From Octopus vulgaris (lineage: Eukaryota): a stretch of DNA of 64,000 nt. The notes under the pieces were generated by a model, which saw only the letters and a list, made by a program, of their open reading frames with translations, was not told the origin of the DNA and searched no databases. The stretch spans positions 76,446,001 to 76,510,000 of the forward strand of contig OX597818.1 of assembly GCA_951406725.2 (NCBI GenBank), read 5' to 3'. Shown here piece by piece: positions 1 through 12,712 of this stretch. Numbering within the stretch: position 1 is the first letter of the stretch; each line of letters starts with the position of its first letter. The translations under genes were made by a program, and so were the position numbers.

Positions 1-638
1 ACTCTATTCTGCTTGATTTAACTTTCATCAATGCCCCCTCCCCCCATCCTATCATTCTATTATCTTTTTCATCCAAATTTGCAGTGGTGTCTGTAGTTGC
101 CTTCTGATCATTCCATATCAAATTATCTTTTGTTCCAACCAATTTATTACTGATGCAATTCTTAAAAAGTTCAAAGAAACCTCACACTCAAATAAACCAT
201 TCCTAGTTACTTTCATCCAAGTGACAACAATATAAAACCAGGCTTTAGAGATTACTTACAGCTTTTCTCATCTTCATCTGCTGACATCCCTAATATCCAG
301 TGTTTGTTATCTTCATCCTTAAAGAGTTTGTTCAAAAGCTAAAGAACACCAGTCAATGTAAATGGCATTATAGCTTGATAAGTTTTAATATCTTTCAATA
401 TTATTGTACTGGCACAGTAAGATGAGTCCTAAACTGATCCCCACCTGCAGGTTTCTTTAGAAGTAATCCAGATTGTTTATCTGATACTTTTCTCCTTCAT
501 AAATGCATAACTTCTCCATCATTTTAGCCTTTAGGTTGGCACTGTATAATATCCCGACAAGAAAATACTTCATTTTTAAAACATTATCTGTTTTTAAAAA
601 ATAACCTTGGGATTTCGTTCAATCCCATCAGCTAAACA

Positions 639-935
639 TGAAACTCAGTAAAATATATTCTTGAGTATGACACAAGATCAAGGCCTTCCTACTGGCAGTA
701 ATCAAAAGAGCACATTGAAAGAGAATATATTAATTACAGAATTGATGGAGGTTGGGAAGAAATAATTAATCACACTGTTTCTAACTGCCCAGTCTTATCC
801 AAGAGAAAATATATCTACAGACATGATAGAACTGGGGCCTTCATATATTGGAAATTATCTCAGAATTATACATTATCAAAAGAAAAGAGATGATATAAAC
901 ACCTCCAGAGAATGTATAAGAGAATGACAATATGA
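639..935 (+). mobile_element. Degenerate R4/Dong-like (restriction-like endonuclease) non-LTR retrotransposon fragment
   Basis: Hand translation from ~756 gives EEIINHTVSNCPVLSKRKYIYRHDRTGAFIYWKLSQNY, the H..C knuckle end plus RHD motif. QDQGLPT lies upstream. Stops and frameshifts elsewhere. Confidence 0.7.
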
Positions 936-1559
936 CAATACTCTAAGCCATAAATATGTTAAGCCATAAAGACAGGAAGATAAAGGCTAATTGGTTGGAT
1001 AGTGTTGTAAAAGACAACCAGGAATGGAATTGCTTCCTAGCTGATGTTTAAATCTGGAGATAAAGATAATGTGGGGAATAAAAATAGAAACAATCTCTTG
1101 AGATTAATGAAACAAAACATGCAACTAAAAAGTCTGCACCAATCCTACAGAGCTCATGGCGCTGCAGCTTATCCAGATTTTCCAGATGTTTTAGACTTAG
1201 AGTACAAGACTTGCTTCTATTGGACAGGATGTCAGCCTGTACTGGAGTGATTTGATATGAAGTGTGCCACTCAAGGACTCAGTGTGCCACCCAATCCAAG
1301 AACTGAACTAAACTTAACATGAGTCTAACACCCTTACCAATGAGCCATGCTTCTTCACATACTGACTTATATATAACCAAAACTCCAAGGACTTAAAAAT
1401 ATGACCAACATATAGTAAATAGCATTACTAATCTCTTTAGCCATACTACATTGGGTACTTTCAATACAACAGAAGTAAAAAAAATGTTTCTTGTTAAGGT
1501 TTGTATTTCCTTGAAAAATCGTTCACTCTGGGGGAAACATCTTTACTTGCTGTAACATC

Positions 1560-1745
1560 TCTCAGGATCTCAGACAGAATTCCCTGTTATCAGTATTCAG
1601 TTGTTCAATCAGCTGAACTGCCAGCCTCATTGAATTAACATGTAAGTGACTGAGTATTCCATAGACGTTTACCCTAACATAAGGTGAAATCAACTTGACA
1701 TTGTGTGTGATAAGTATGTCCTTTTTGAATTACCGGTATGATCCA
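1560..1745 (-). mobile_element. Degenerate SINE-like interspersed repeat (same family as ~22510-22790 on +)
   Basis: Reverse complement resembles 22630-22790 (e.g. gaatactcagtcacttacatgttaatt vs gagtactcagctatttgcacattaatt). Confidence 0.45.
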
Positions 1746-2198
1746 TTTGATGGGCTTCCGTACAATTTCTGTCAACTCAGTTAGGCTCAAAAGACAGAAA
1801 TCAACCAGAGACTATAGAAAATGACTCCTGCCTGAGATGCCACACAGCAGACCTTATGATTGCAAAGTAAACTTCTTAACCATACTGTGTCTCGTAAATG
1901 ATAGACTAATTTCTTGTACATACTGTTCTCATACAAACACCTGACAAATACCAATATTTGAGCCATGTTTGAAATGTAGAACCTATTGTTGGATAAACAT
2001 GCAGTTTTGCGGGTTTAGAATGAAATGGAAATAAATTCATCAGAAGAGATGACTCTATCATCCAATAATTTCATAAAGAGAAATTAACAGAACTCCCTTA
2101 TTAAGTCACATCCACAAGCATCTACTTGTATTGAACCTTTTAGTGATATCTTACAGATTACAAAAATAGCAGCTGAGGAACACCATCATGACATACTA

Positions 2199-2405
2199 CA
2201 AGGGGGTTCCTGGCTTTGGGTTAAAGAAAATATAGGAGGATCAGTTAATTATGATTTTATTTAACATATTTCCCTCTCAGATTCACACACTTATTGCAGC
2301 AGTCCTTCAGCTTTTCTAAGCCCTGTAAAAGAACTCAGACAGTTGGGCCTCCAACCAGGCCTTTCATGATACCCTTAAAGCCAGGAACTCTTCAGTACCC
2401 CCTTG
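2199..2405. mobile_element. Mariner-type MITE
   Basis: TA|caaggggg...ttcctggcttt at left and aaagccaggaactcttcagtacccccttg|TA at right (TIRs, left one with a short deletion; TA TSD). A second copy lies at ~58517-58713. Confidence 0.75.
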
Positions 2406-3484
2406 TATATCCAGCAATGAATATGACTAAGAAGGCAATTTGGTAGCTTACATGTCAATGCAGGATAACCAACTTGTGGCATATGAGCAATGCAGTAATC
2501 CTGCATGACTACTGAACTGTACAGAAAGAACCAATGGGAAGTTGGGGCATTGTTCCTGTTGATTCACAATAGATTGTTTCCATGATTTCACTGTCGTCAC
2601 TTTCAGTTAATTTACTTGCATTCTTTTAAAACTCCCAAACTACACACTAACCAGAAAATGTTTTGTTCTTGCTCTTTGAAAAATTTAACCATTATCCATG
2701 AGATATTTCAAGTCTGTGTAATTGAGAATTAACTAATATTTTGAAATAACCATAAAAACAAATAATTAAATCACTAACAGGCATTAGTAAAGATGAATTT
2801 ATATAAATTGTAAAGCAAATTCAAAATTAAAACATTTAAAACTTTGTTTTTATATTTATTGAATTAATTTTATGGGACATGAAGTTACTCAGGAAAATGG
2901 GGAAAAAATTGCAATATTATTTGTTTATTGAATGGGTAACTTATACAGTAGTCATAATTAAATTGTTTCAGCAAGTAGCTGTTATTGCTTGCTGCCTGTA
3001 TATAAATCATATATTTCCAGATCAAGATTTAAAAACCATAGTTGTAAATATACCATATTGACACAATCCACAAAAAAACATTTCCTCCTCTCAGAATGTT
3101 AGTACATGACAGAACATAAGACAAAGAATGCCAAGTATAATGAGACACAATACCAAATACACCAAAACAAAAATAAATGATAAAAACTAAAGTTCATTAT
3201 AATAAACTAACAAAAATGAGTAGTGATAACAAAATATAGAAATATCATTTTTTTTTCCTTTTGTAAATGCTCGGTTGTTCCTGAGGCGAAGGAAGGAGGT
3301 TATAATTTTTACAAGATATGGCAGCCATTAAATGAAATTGCTCTCAGTGTAAACTGCAAGTGTTTAACAGAAACTAGGTAAGAACAAAACGAGTGTAGTC
3401 CATTTAACTGTTGTTCTATTCTTCTTCAGTTTTCATTCTGAACTTTCATTGTATATTTTGCAGACAAATTTTCTTGCATGTATG

Positions 3485-3868
3485 TTTTATCTTTTACTTG
3501 TTTCAGTTATTAGATTGTGGCCATACTGGGGCACCACCTTCAAGAATTTTTAATCAAATGTATTGACCCCAGTATTTATCTTTTTTAAAACCTGGTACTT
3601 ATTCTATTGTTCCCTTTTGCTGAGCCACTAAGTTACAGGGATGTCAACACACCAGCACTGGTTGTCAAGTGGTGGCAGGGGATAAACACAGACACAAAGA
3701 CATACACACACATATACGATGGGTTTCTTTCAGTTTCTGTCTACCAAATCCACTCACAAAGCTTTGGTCAGCCCAAGGCTATAGTAGAAGACACTTGCCA
3801 AGGTGCCACACGGTGGTACTGAACCCTGAAACATGTGGTTGGGAAGCAAGCTTCTTACTACATGGCCT
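3485..3868 (-). mobile_element. tRNA-derived SINE, Octopus OR/OK-like family (SINE family A), near full length
   Basis: Diverged reverse-complement match to the copy at 19576-19985, covering head, internal microsatellite and ctgaaacaagtaaaag tail. Confidence 0.8.
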
Positions 3869-4435
3869 ACATCCAAATTTCAATGCTCAGATGGGTTGCA
3901 CAGAATCGAGGCAAATTGGAGGGTTTGCTTGATCAACAAATTTATTTTTCCTAAATTTAGTTTTAAATATTCAGATCAAATCCCTCTTGATTCACTACAT
4001 CACACATTAATGTAAATAGGGATAACCCCTTCGGATTTTATGTGAAGACATGATCTAGCAGTTAGGATGTTGACCTCACCTTCAAAAGGTCATGAATTGT
4101 ATTCCTAGACCAGCTAGTACATTGTGTTTTGAGCGGGGCTCTTCATTTTATGTTGCTCCATACATATGCAGCTGAAAACGTGTACGATCTGAATGCTGGT
4201 GCAGCTTCCTTTCACTCTAGCTATCACACCCTTGATGTGAAGGACTGAAAGATTGTCTATATTTGCATGTGACTATATAGGTAAGAGTCTTGCTCAAGGT
4301 GCAACACACTACCTTTTGAATATGAAGTCAAAACTCTAACTACTAAATCACATTCCCTCACATAAAATTAAAAATGCTTATATCTCCTAGGTTTACCAGG
4401 AGTTGCCCATCTAAGTACTAACTATGCAAAACATT

Positions 4436-4654
4436 ACTCTTTTACTCTTTTACTTATTTCAGTCATTTGACTGTGGCCATGCTGGAGCACCACCTTTAAT
4501 TGAGCAAATCGACCCCAGGACTTATTTTTTGTAAGCCTAGTACTTATTCTATCAGTCTCTTTTGCCGAACCATTAAATTACAGGGATGTAAACACACCAG
4601 CATCAGTTGTCAAGCGATGTTGGGACAAACACAGACACATAAACATACACACAC

Positions 4655-4700
<46 letters not shown>
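4436..4700 (-). mobile_element. SINE family A, 3' half, ending in its internal (CA)n(TA)n tract
   Basis: ttactcttttactcttttactt tail, then gactgtggccatgctggagcacc, up to the microsatellite. The head is missing here; a matching head half is at 12549-12712. Confidence 0.85.
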
Positions 4701-4701
<1 letters not shown>

Positions 4702-4702
<1 letters not shown>

Positions 4703-6012
4703 TAGCAGAGATACCCGGCGTTGCCCGGTTACATTCAATTGAAGAATTAGACTTTTCTGTTATATTTTCTGTAATGAACTGGAATATCTATGTTTCGAAT
4801 TTCATCAAAATTGCAGATGAGGGTTATTTCCCTCTTTACACACCCTAAAAAAATTGTAATCATGCCACATGTATCCCATACTACTGATTTTTATGTGCAG
4901 ATTCCAAAATTCCAATTTTATTGAACCTGTTAAAAAGATTTTGCTCTTGGAAAATGAAGGTCATGGAGCTCTAAAATGTGAGAGTTAACGCCCCTGTTGG
5001 GGGTGGGCATCTTAATGTCAACCAGAGAAGTTGAATTGTTGAGAATCTTTTTAACTTGGGTCTTATATCTATTGTTTGAATTTCTTTGAAATAGGAAATA
5101 TATGTTCACTGGGTTTGTAAAAGAGAGCAAAGCTACAGGAAACCAAAAGGCAAATGATCACAATAAGCAGTCAGCTACAGTACCCTAGTCAGTACCACTC
5201 CCAATGTAGGATTCCTCACCATCCAGGTGACAGGCACAGCCGTAAAATGCATTACAAATTTATAGCAATTGGAAGGGCGTGACCCAACTGAAATCAACAT
5301 TAACAACTGTATGACGTGAGGGCTAAGGAGGAATTAAAATGTCACCTCTGGAGTTTGCAAATGACCACTATACTGATACGTAACTGGACAGAATAAATTT
5401 ACAATCTATAAATGTCTTTGAATAACCACCTGGGAAGGCCTTGAAATCAATGTTACCATCTGGGGACTATGTGTGACCGAGTGATAATAAAAAGACTGAA
5501 AGGAGGTCTGCAATCAAATAACTTTACCCAACGCTTTGCAACTGAATCAGTGGAGGCAAAGATGCCTCTCATTTACTTGACAATTTATGCAGCACATTGC
5601 AGAAATCACAATCTAAGTGTATGTCAAAGCAAACTGTTACACTGTTGTACCATTGAATTAGAAATAATGCTCAACTTTTATGCTCAGGTAACCCTACAGC
5701 TTCCAAGAGCACAACTGTATTCATTTTTGCTTAGATAAAATGACAAAATTGTGGATGTTAAGTCCCCATGGCGGGGTCTTTCTAACTTGTAAGAAGATGA
5801 AATTTTATAAATATTACTTCATTTGTGTCTAATATCTATGGTTAAAATTTCATCAACAGTAAAAATATATGAATTGTCATGGGGGTTATGGCCCTTATGC
5901 ATAGAATATAATTTCCAAATTTCATAAAGATCCATTCTTTACTTTTGACCTAGTTTTGGATCATAAAAGAAATAACTAAAATTTGGGAGTTAAGGCTCCC
6001 ATTAGGGTGTTT

Positions 6013-6030
<18 letters not shown>
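4702..6030 (-). mobile_element. Non-autonomous Helitron (3' end clear; 5' end either ~6030 or 12494)
   Basis: Minus strand ends ccgggcaacgccggg (hairpin) tatctctg CTAG|T at 4702, inserted in (TA)n. A candidate TCTATATA.. 5' end is at 6030. Confidence 0.6.
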
Positions 6031-6082
<52 letters not shown>

Positions 6083-6365
6083 CACACACACACACACATA
6101 CAAAGATAAATTGATAGATACAACTGAGTGGGCAAACAAAAATATGAGACACAGCCTAGTGCTTTTTTTATGTTGATAAGCCAGGTACTTATTCTATTAG
6201 TTTCTTCTTGTGAAACCAGTAAGTTATGGGGATGTAAATAAATGAACAGCAGTTGTGAAGCAGTGATGAGGGAGAAACACAAAGACACACACATAGACTT
6301 ACATATATACATACATATATATATTATTGATTTGTTTCAGTTCCAGTCTATGAAATCCATATATA

Positions 6366-9074
6366 TTGTTGTTGGCATCCTTTTTGTCTCGGGAGACAAT
6401 GGAGTCGCGCATAAAATAATCTAGTCAGGCTTTTACATTTCATGTCCTAATACATCTCCTGCTGTGGCTGTGTAGTCCTATCCTGGAAAAACACTCCATC
6501 AGGCAGGTGCCGCAAATGTAGCGAAGACTTTGCCTGGCTGGTTGTAATGTCATAGTTTCTTGTTGACGTCTTTTCTTGTCGTTCCATTTCTCCTCTCTCT
6601 CTATGTCACTCCTTTGTGTTCCCTCTTTTGCGGTACGTCGCCAATCTCCACGGTTGCTGGCAACTGCTTCCCAGTTGGTAATATTGATGTTGCAGGCATT
6701 CATGTCCCTTTTGCAAACATCCTTGTATCGTAAGAACGGTCTTCCCACTGACCTAGTGCCCCTAGCAAGCTCTCCATTGAATATGTCCTTGGGAATTCTG
6801 CCATCTTCCATACGACTAACATGTCCAAGCCATCTCATATGTCTTTGTGTGAGGAGTGCAAACATGCTTGGTATTCCTGCTTGCTTGAGGACATCTTTGT
6901 TGGGGACATGATTCTGCCATTTGATGCGAAGGATTTTCCAGAGGCAGCGCAGGTGAAAGATATTTAGGCCACGCTCTTGGCATGTGTATGGCGTCCAAGT
7001 CTCGCTTCCATACAGTAGAGTGCTAAGTACACATGCCTGGTAAATCTTCGTTTTTGTGGTCTTGGTTAGCTTGTTGTCCCATGCCCATTTGGAGAGTTAG
7101 GCCATCACAGCAGCTGCCTTGCCAATGCGTATATTGAGCTCAGCATCAAGGGATAGGTTGTAGGTGACGGTAGAGCCAAGATAGGTAAACTTCTCCACCT
7201 CCTGTAGTCTGTGGTCTCCAATATGTATGTTTGGGATGTCCGATGTAGCCTGACCCATGATGTTGGTCTTCTTGAGGCTGATAACTAAGCCAAAGTTGAT
7301 ACATGCTTGCTCAAAATAGTTGATGAGCCTTTGTAGTGCTTCTTCTGTGTGTGATACCAGAGCGGCATCATCAGCAAATAGCATCTCCTTGATCAGGACA
7401 CTTCTGATTTTGGTCTTGGCACACAGACGTGAGAGATTAAACAGTTTTCCATCACTTCTACTGTGCAGAAACACTCCATTATCTGATGTCTCAAAGGCAT
7501 GTGACAGCAGCAGTGAGAAGAAGATGCCAAATAATGTAGGAGCAACCTTGCTTTACCCCATTTTTTATTTGGAAGGTGGTTGAACCATTGTGCTGTATGG
7601 TGCCTTGCATATCATCATGGAAAGATTTGATGATCCTCAGCAGCTTTGGTGGACATCCAATTTTTTGGAGCAGGATGAAGAGGCCTTTTATACTTACCAA
7701 GTCAAAGGCCTTTGTCAGATCAATGAAAGCCATATATAATGGTATTTTCTGCTCTCTGGACTTCTCCTGAAGTTGGCATATGGAGAATATCATGTCAATA
7801 GTTGATCTGCTTCTTCTAAAGCCACACTACAATTCTGGATAAATTCGAGAAGCAAGCAGTTGTAGCCTGGACAGGATAATGCGAGCAAAGGCTTTTCCAA
7901 CAGTGCTTAGAAGAGATATTCCACGGTAATTGTTACAATCACCACGGTCACCTTTGTTTTTGTAAAGTGTAATGATGTTAGCATCCCACATATCCTGAGG
8001 GACTGTACCCTCTTCCCAGCACTAACACAGAAGCTCATGAAGGTGCCGAAGCAGGATGGTGTTTTTGCCGGTTTTGATGATCTCTAAGGGGATGCCGTCT
8101 TTTCCTGGAGCCTTGTTACTTGCTAGGAAGTCAATAGGCTTGGTGAGCTCTGCTATAGATGGCAGACTGTCAAGTTCGCACATGACTGGCGAGATCTTGA
8201 CACCCTCGATTGCAGCCTCAGCTACTGTGGTCTCCCATGAGTAGAGATCCTGGTAGTACTCCACCCATCTATCCATTTGCTTGCTTTGGTCCTTGATGAG
8301 ATCTCCAGTAGTTGATTTCAGAGGGACTGACTTGGTTGCAGATGGAACGAGGGCCTTCTTCAAACCGGCATACATCCAATGGGTGTTGCCACTGTCAGCA
8401 GCTGATTGGATACTCTGACAGATTTCCTGCCAATACCTATTTGCACAGCATCTGGCAATCAGTTGGGCTTTATTTCTTGCGTTTCTAAGTTCTTCAAGTG
8501 ACTTTGTAGAAGAATCCCTCTTGTATTGCATCAGAGCTGCATGCTTTGCTTCGATAACTGTTTCCAGCTCTGAGAGCCCAGCATTGAACCAATCTGGGTT
8601 TTGCCTTTCTCTCATGCCGAAAGTATCTATTGATGTGGTATACAAAGCTTCCCTGATATCATTCCACCTACGTTCAGCAGAGGAGGTTGGGCAGCTACTG
8701 AGGGCAACTTTGATAGAAACAGCAAAACATTGTCGCAGTGTAGGGTCCGAGGTTCTGGCAGTGTTAATGCGTGGTCGGCCCATTTTCTTGGAGTGATGGA
8801 CATTTTTAGGCAGAATCCTCACCCTGCTTCTTATTAGTGAATGATCTGTATCACAATCCACGCTGTGGTAACTATGGGTCAGTTGAACAGAATTCAGAAA
8901 GGATCTTCGTGTAATGATGAGATCCAGCTGATGCCAGTGGTGAGATCTTGGATGTCTCCAAGATGCCTTGTGGGATGTCTTTTTGGCGAAGAATGTGTTA
9001 GTGATGCACAGGTTATGGTATGCGCAAAATTCAATTAGTCTCAGACCATTGTCATTCATGTTGCCAATACCAAA
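6366..9074 (-). mobile_element. RTE-clade (BovB-like) LINE, 5'-truncated, pseudogenised
   Basis: ORF pieces 8022-9074 (APE end NDNGLRL, HWHQLDLII, CDTDHSL; KAPGKDGIP), 7491-7793 (FIDLTKAFD, GVKQG), 7097-7474 (LFADD, FTYLGS) and 6440-6865 (RWLGHVSRM, terminal CxxC..SRIGLHSH). 3' UTR hairpin tgtctc-gg-gagaca and a (CAA)n tail. Confidence 0.92.
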
Positions 9075-9149
9075 ACACATACACTTACATATATACATAC
9101 ATATATATACGATTGATTTGTTCCAGTTCCTGTCTACGAAATCCATATA

Positions 9150-9206
<57 letters not shown>

Positions 9207-9251
9207 ATATACATATATATATATATGTGTGTGTGGGTGTGTGTATGTATG

Positions 9252-9299
<48 letters not shown>

Positions 9300-9375
9300 G
9301 ATAAATTGATAGATACAACTGAGTGGGCAAACAAAAATATAAGACACTGCGTAGTGCTTTCTTTTATATTTTGAT

Positions 9376-9684
9376 AAGCCTGGTACTTATTCAATCAGTT
9401 TCTTCTTGTGAAACCAGTAAGTTATGGGGATGTAAGTAAACAAACACCAGTTGTGAAGCAGTGATGAGGGAGAAACACAAAGACACACACATAGACTTAC
9501 ATATATACATACAAATGCATACAATTGATTTCTTTCAGTTTCTGTCTACAACATCCACTGACATGGCTTTGGTTGGTCTGAGGCTATAGCAGAAGACACA
9601 TGCCAAGTTACCACACAGTGGGACTGAATTGAGGACCATGTACTTTGGAACCAAGTTTGTTACCACACAGCCACACCTGCACCT
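9376..9684 (-). mobile_element. SINE family A, diverged and tail-less; part is duplicated at ~6175-6365
   Basis: ggtacttatt...agttatggggatgtaa...gaggctatagcagaagacac...accacacagccacacctgcacc matches family A. Confidence 0.7.
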
Positions 9685-9891
9685 ATGTATGTGTGTGGGG
9701 GGGGGTGTATGTGTGTATGGGTGTATATATGTATGCATGTATATATGTGTATACATATGTGTACTTATTACATGTACATCTATATATATATACATCTAGA
9801 CATACATGTATACGCATACATGTATATCTATAGAAATACATCTATACATATACAGCTATACATATACATGTATACATATACAGCTATATAT

Positions 9892-9971
<80 letters not shown>

Positions 9972-9979
9972 TCATATAT

Positions 9980-10010
<31 letters not shown>

Positions 10011-10011
<1 letters not shown>

Positions 10012-12214
10012 CATCATCATCATCGTCATCATCATCATTTAGCGTCCGCTCTCCATGCTAGCATGGGTTGGACGGTTCAACTGGGGTCTGTGAAGCCAGA
10101 AAGCTGCATCAGGCCCAGTCTGATCTTACAGTGTTTCTATGGCTGGATGCCCTTCCTAACGCCAACCACTTCGTGAGTGTAGTGGGTGCTTTTTATGTGC
10201 CACCCACACAGGTTCCAGACGGAGCTGGCAAATGGCCATGAACAGATGGTGCTTTTACGTGCCACCGGCACGGGGGCCAGGCGAGGCTGGCAACGGACAC
10301 GAACGGATGGTGCTTTTATGTGCCACCAGCACAGAGGCCAGTCGGGGCAGCGCTGGCAACGGATACGATCAGATGGTTTGCTTAACCATAGCTGCAATTT
10401 CCATTGATGTTGATCGACTTCGATTTTGGTTCTGCTTTCTGATATCTGATTTGATTTGGTTTGATTTTGATTTGATTTTGATTTTCACTTGTCTCAACGG
10501 GTCTTCACAAGTGGAGTTTTGTGTCCCAAGAACAGGTTATGTTCTCACTAGTCTTGCCGGGTCTTCTCACGCACAGCATACTTCCATAGGTCTCGGTCTC
10601 TAGTCATTTCCTTGGTGAGACCTAAAGTTCAAAGGCTGTGCTTCCCAAGAAGGAAAGGTATGTAGGCCACAGGTTATGTTCTCACTGGTCTTGCCGGGTC
10701 TTCTCACGCACAGCATACTTCCATAGGTCTCGGTCTCTAGTCATTTCCTTGGTGAGACCTAAAGTTCGAAGGTCGTGCTTCACCACCTCGTCCCATGTTT
10801 TCCTGGGTCTACCTCTTCCACAGGTTCCCTCAACTGCTAGGGTGTGGCACTTTCGCACACAACTATCTTCAGCCATTCTCGTCACATGACCATACCAGCG
10901 CAAATGTCTCTCTTGCACACCACAACTGACGCTTCTTAGGTCCAACTTTTCTCTCAAGGTACTTACACTCTGTCGATTATGAACACTGACATTACACATC
11001 CATCGGAGCATACTGGCTTCATTTCTTGCGAGCTTACGCAAATCCTCAGCAGTTACAGCCCATGTTTCACTACCATGTAGCATGGCTGTACGTACACATG
11101 CATCATACAGTCTGCCTTTTACTCTGAGCGAGAGGCCTTTTGTCACCAGCAGGGGTAAGGGCTCTCTAAACTTTGCCCAGGCTATTCTTACTCTAGTAGT
11201 TACACTTTCAGCACACCCACCCCCGCTACTGACTTGGTCACCTAGGTAACAGAAGCTATCAACTACTTCTAGTTTTTCTCCCTGATCTCTGGTAGAAGTT
11301 GGTCTCTGCATATTTTCAGAGTTTATTGCTCCTGAGCATCTGCCACAGATAAAAACTATTTTCCTAGTTAATCATCCTTTGACGTTACTACACCTCTTAT
11401 GTGTCCATAGCTTACACTTGGTGCACCTTATAGAGTTTCTACCTACGCCTTTTTTACAGATTGAGCAGGGCCATCTACCTGAAGGCGTTTGTGATTGGTC
11501 TACCTTCCTACTTATTAGGACTTTGGTTTTGGCTAGGTTGATTCTAAGGCCCTTCGATTCTAAACCTTGCTTCCACACCTGAAACTTCTCCTCCAGTTCT
11601 GATAGAGACTCAGCAATTAGAGCAAGGTCATCAGCATAGAGGAGCTCCCAGGGGCATCCTGTCTTGAATTCCTCCGTTATTGTCTGGAGGACTATGATAA
11701 ATAGGAGGGGACTGAGGACTGAACCTTGGTGGACCCCAACCTCTACCCGGAATTCTTCACTGTACTTGTTGCCAACCCTCACCTTTCTAGCAGCGTCTCT
11801 GTACATGGCTCGCACAGCTCTCACTAACCATTCATCTATCCCTAGTTTCCTCATTGACCACCAGATAAGGGATCGGGGGACCCTGTCGAAGGCTTTCTCC
11901 ATATCAACAAAAGCCAGGTACAGGGGCTTGTCTTTGGCTAGGTATTTCTCCTGCAGCTGTCTTACCAGGAATATAGCATCAGTAGTACTTTTCCCTGGCA
12001 CGAACCCAAACTACATCTCATCTAAGCTAACTCTCTCTCTAATTAGTTGGGCTATAACCTCTTCGTGACCTTCATTACCTGATCCAGCAGCTTGATACCC
12101 CTGTAGTTATTTGTATCTAGAGCGTCACCTTTACCTTTGTAGCAGTTGACTATTATGCTGCTACACCAGTCATTGGGTATGACTTCTTCGTGTATCACCT
12201 GGTTAACTATACGG
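10011..12214 (-). mobile_element. RTE-clade LINE (second family) with long 3' UTR and (GAT)n tail, 5'-truncated
   Basis: NYRGIKLL, FVDMEKAFD, GVHQGSVLSP, LLYADD, FCYLGD, GSETW, RWYGHV, GRGRPRKTW. ORFs 11372-12001 and 10682-11311 share a frame and are separated by one TGA. The tail is (CAT)n at 10011-10038 on +. Confidence 0.93.
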
Positions 12215-12257
12215 GTATATATATATATATATACATATATACATCCATATACATACA

Positions 12258-12494
12258 ATAAAGAGATATTTTTGTTTCACTTTTAACACGTAATACTGAA
12301 ATAGTGGAGAAGATATGATATTGCTGTGGGCTCGCCCTAGGCAAGAAGTTAAACATTTTTAACACTACATGGACCCTAAGTAAGGCATGTGTAAAATTTG
12401 AATGAAATTGGTTGTGTAGTTCTCAAGTTTTAGGGAAACACACAGACGGACAGACAGACAGATAGACACACATTCTCATTTTTATATATATAGA
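12258..12494 (-). mobile_element. Helitron 5' end fragment
   Basis: Minus strand starts A|TCTATATATATAAAAATG followed by a (GTCT)n-like subterminal repeat, the same architecture as the elements at 30240-30752 and 56766-57553. Confidence 0.65.
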
Positions 12495-12548
12495 TATATA
12501 TATATATATATATATATATATTTCATATATATATATATATATATATTT

Positions 12549-12712
12549 ACAACGGGCTTCTTTCAGTTTCTGTCTACCAAATCCACTCACAAGGCTTTGG
12601 TCGGCCCGAGGCTATAGTAGAAGACACTTGCCCGAGGTGCCACGCAGTGGGACTGAACCTGGAACCATGTGGTTGGTAAGCAAGCTACTTACCACACAGC
12701 CACTCATATGCC
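12549..12712 (-). mobile_element. SINE family A, 5' half (tRNA-like head)
   Basis: gggcttctttcagtttc...gtgggactgaacctggaaccatgtggttggtaagcaagctacttaccacacagccactc. Confidence 0.85.

Noticed and set aside
9075-10010. Many overlapping ORFs rich in YI/HT/CV repeats, including the N-terminal third of the 441-aa ORF 8022-9347
   Set aside because: They are translations of (TA)n/(CA)n microsatellites. The same applies at ~21800-22400, 28900-29800, 31680-31920, 46000-46350, 47190-47480 and 56160-56920.
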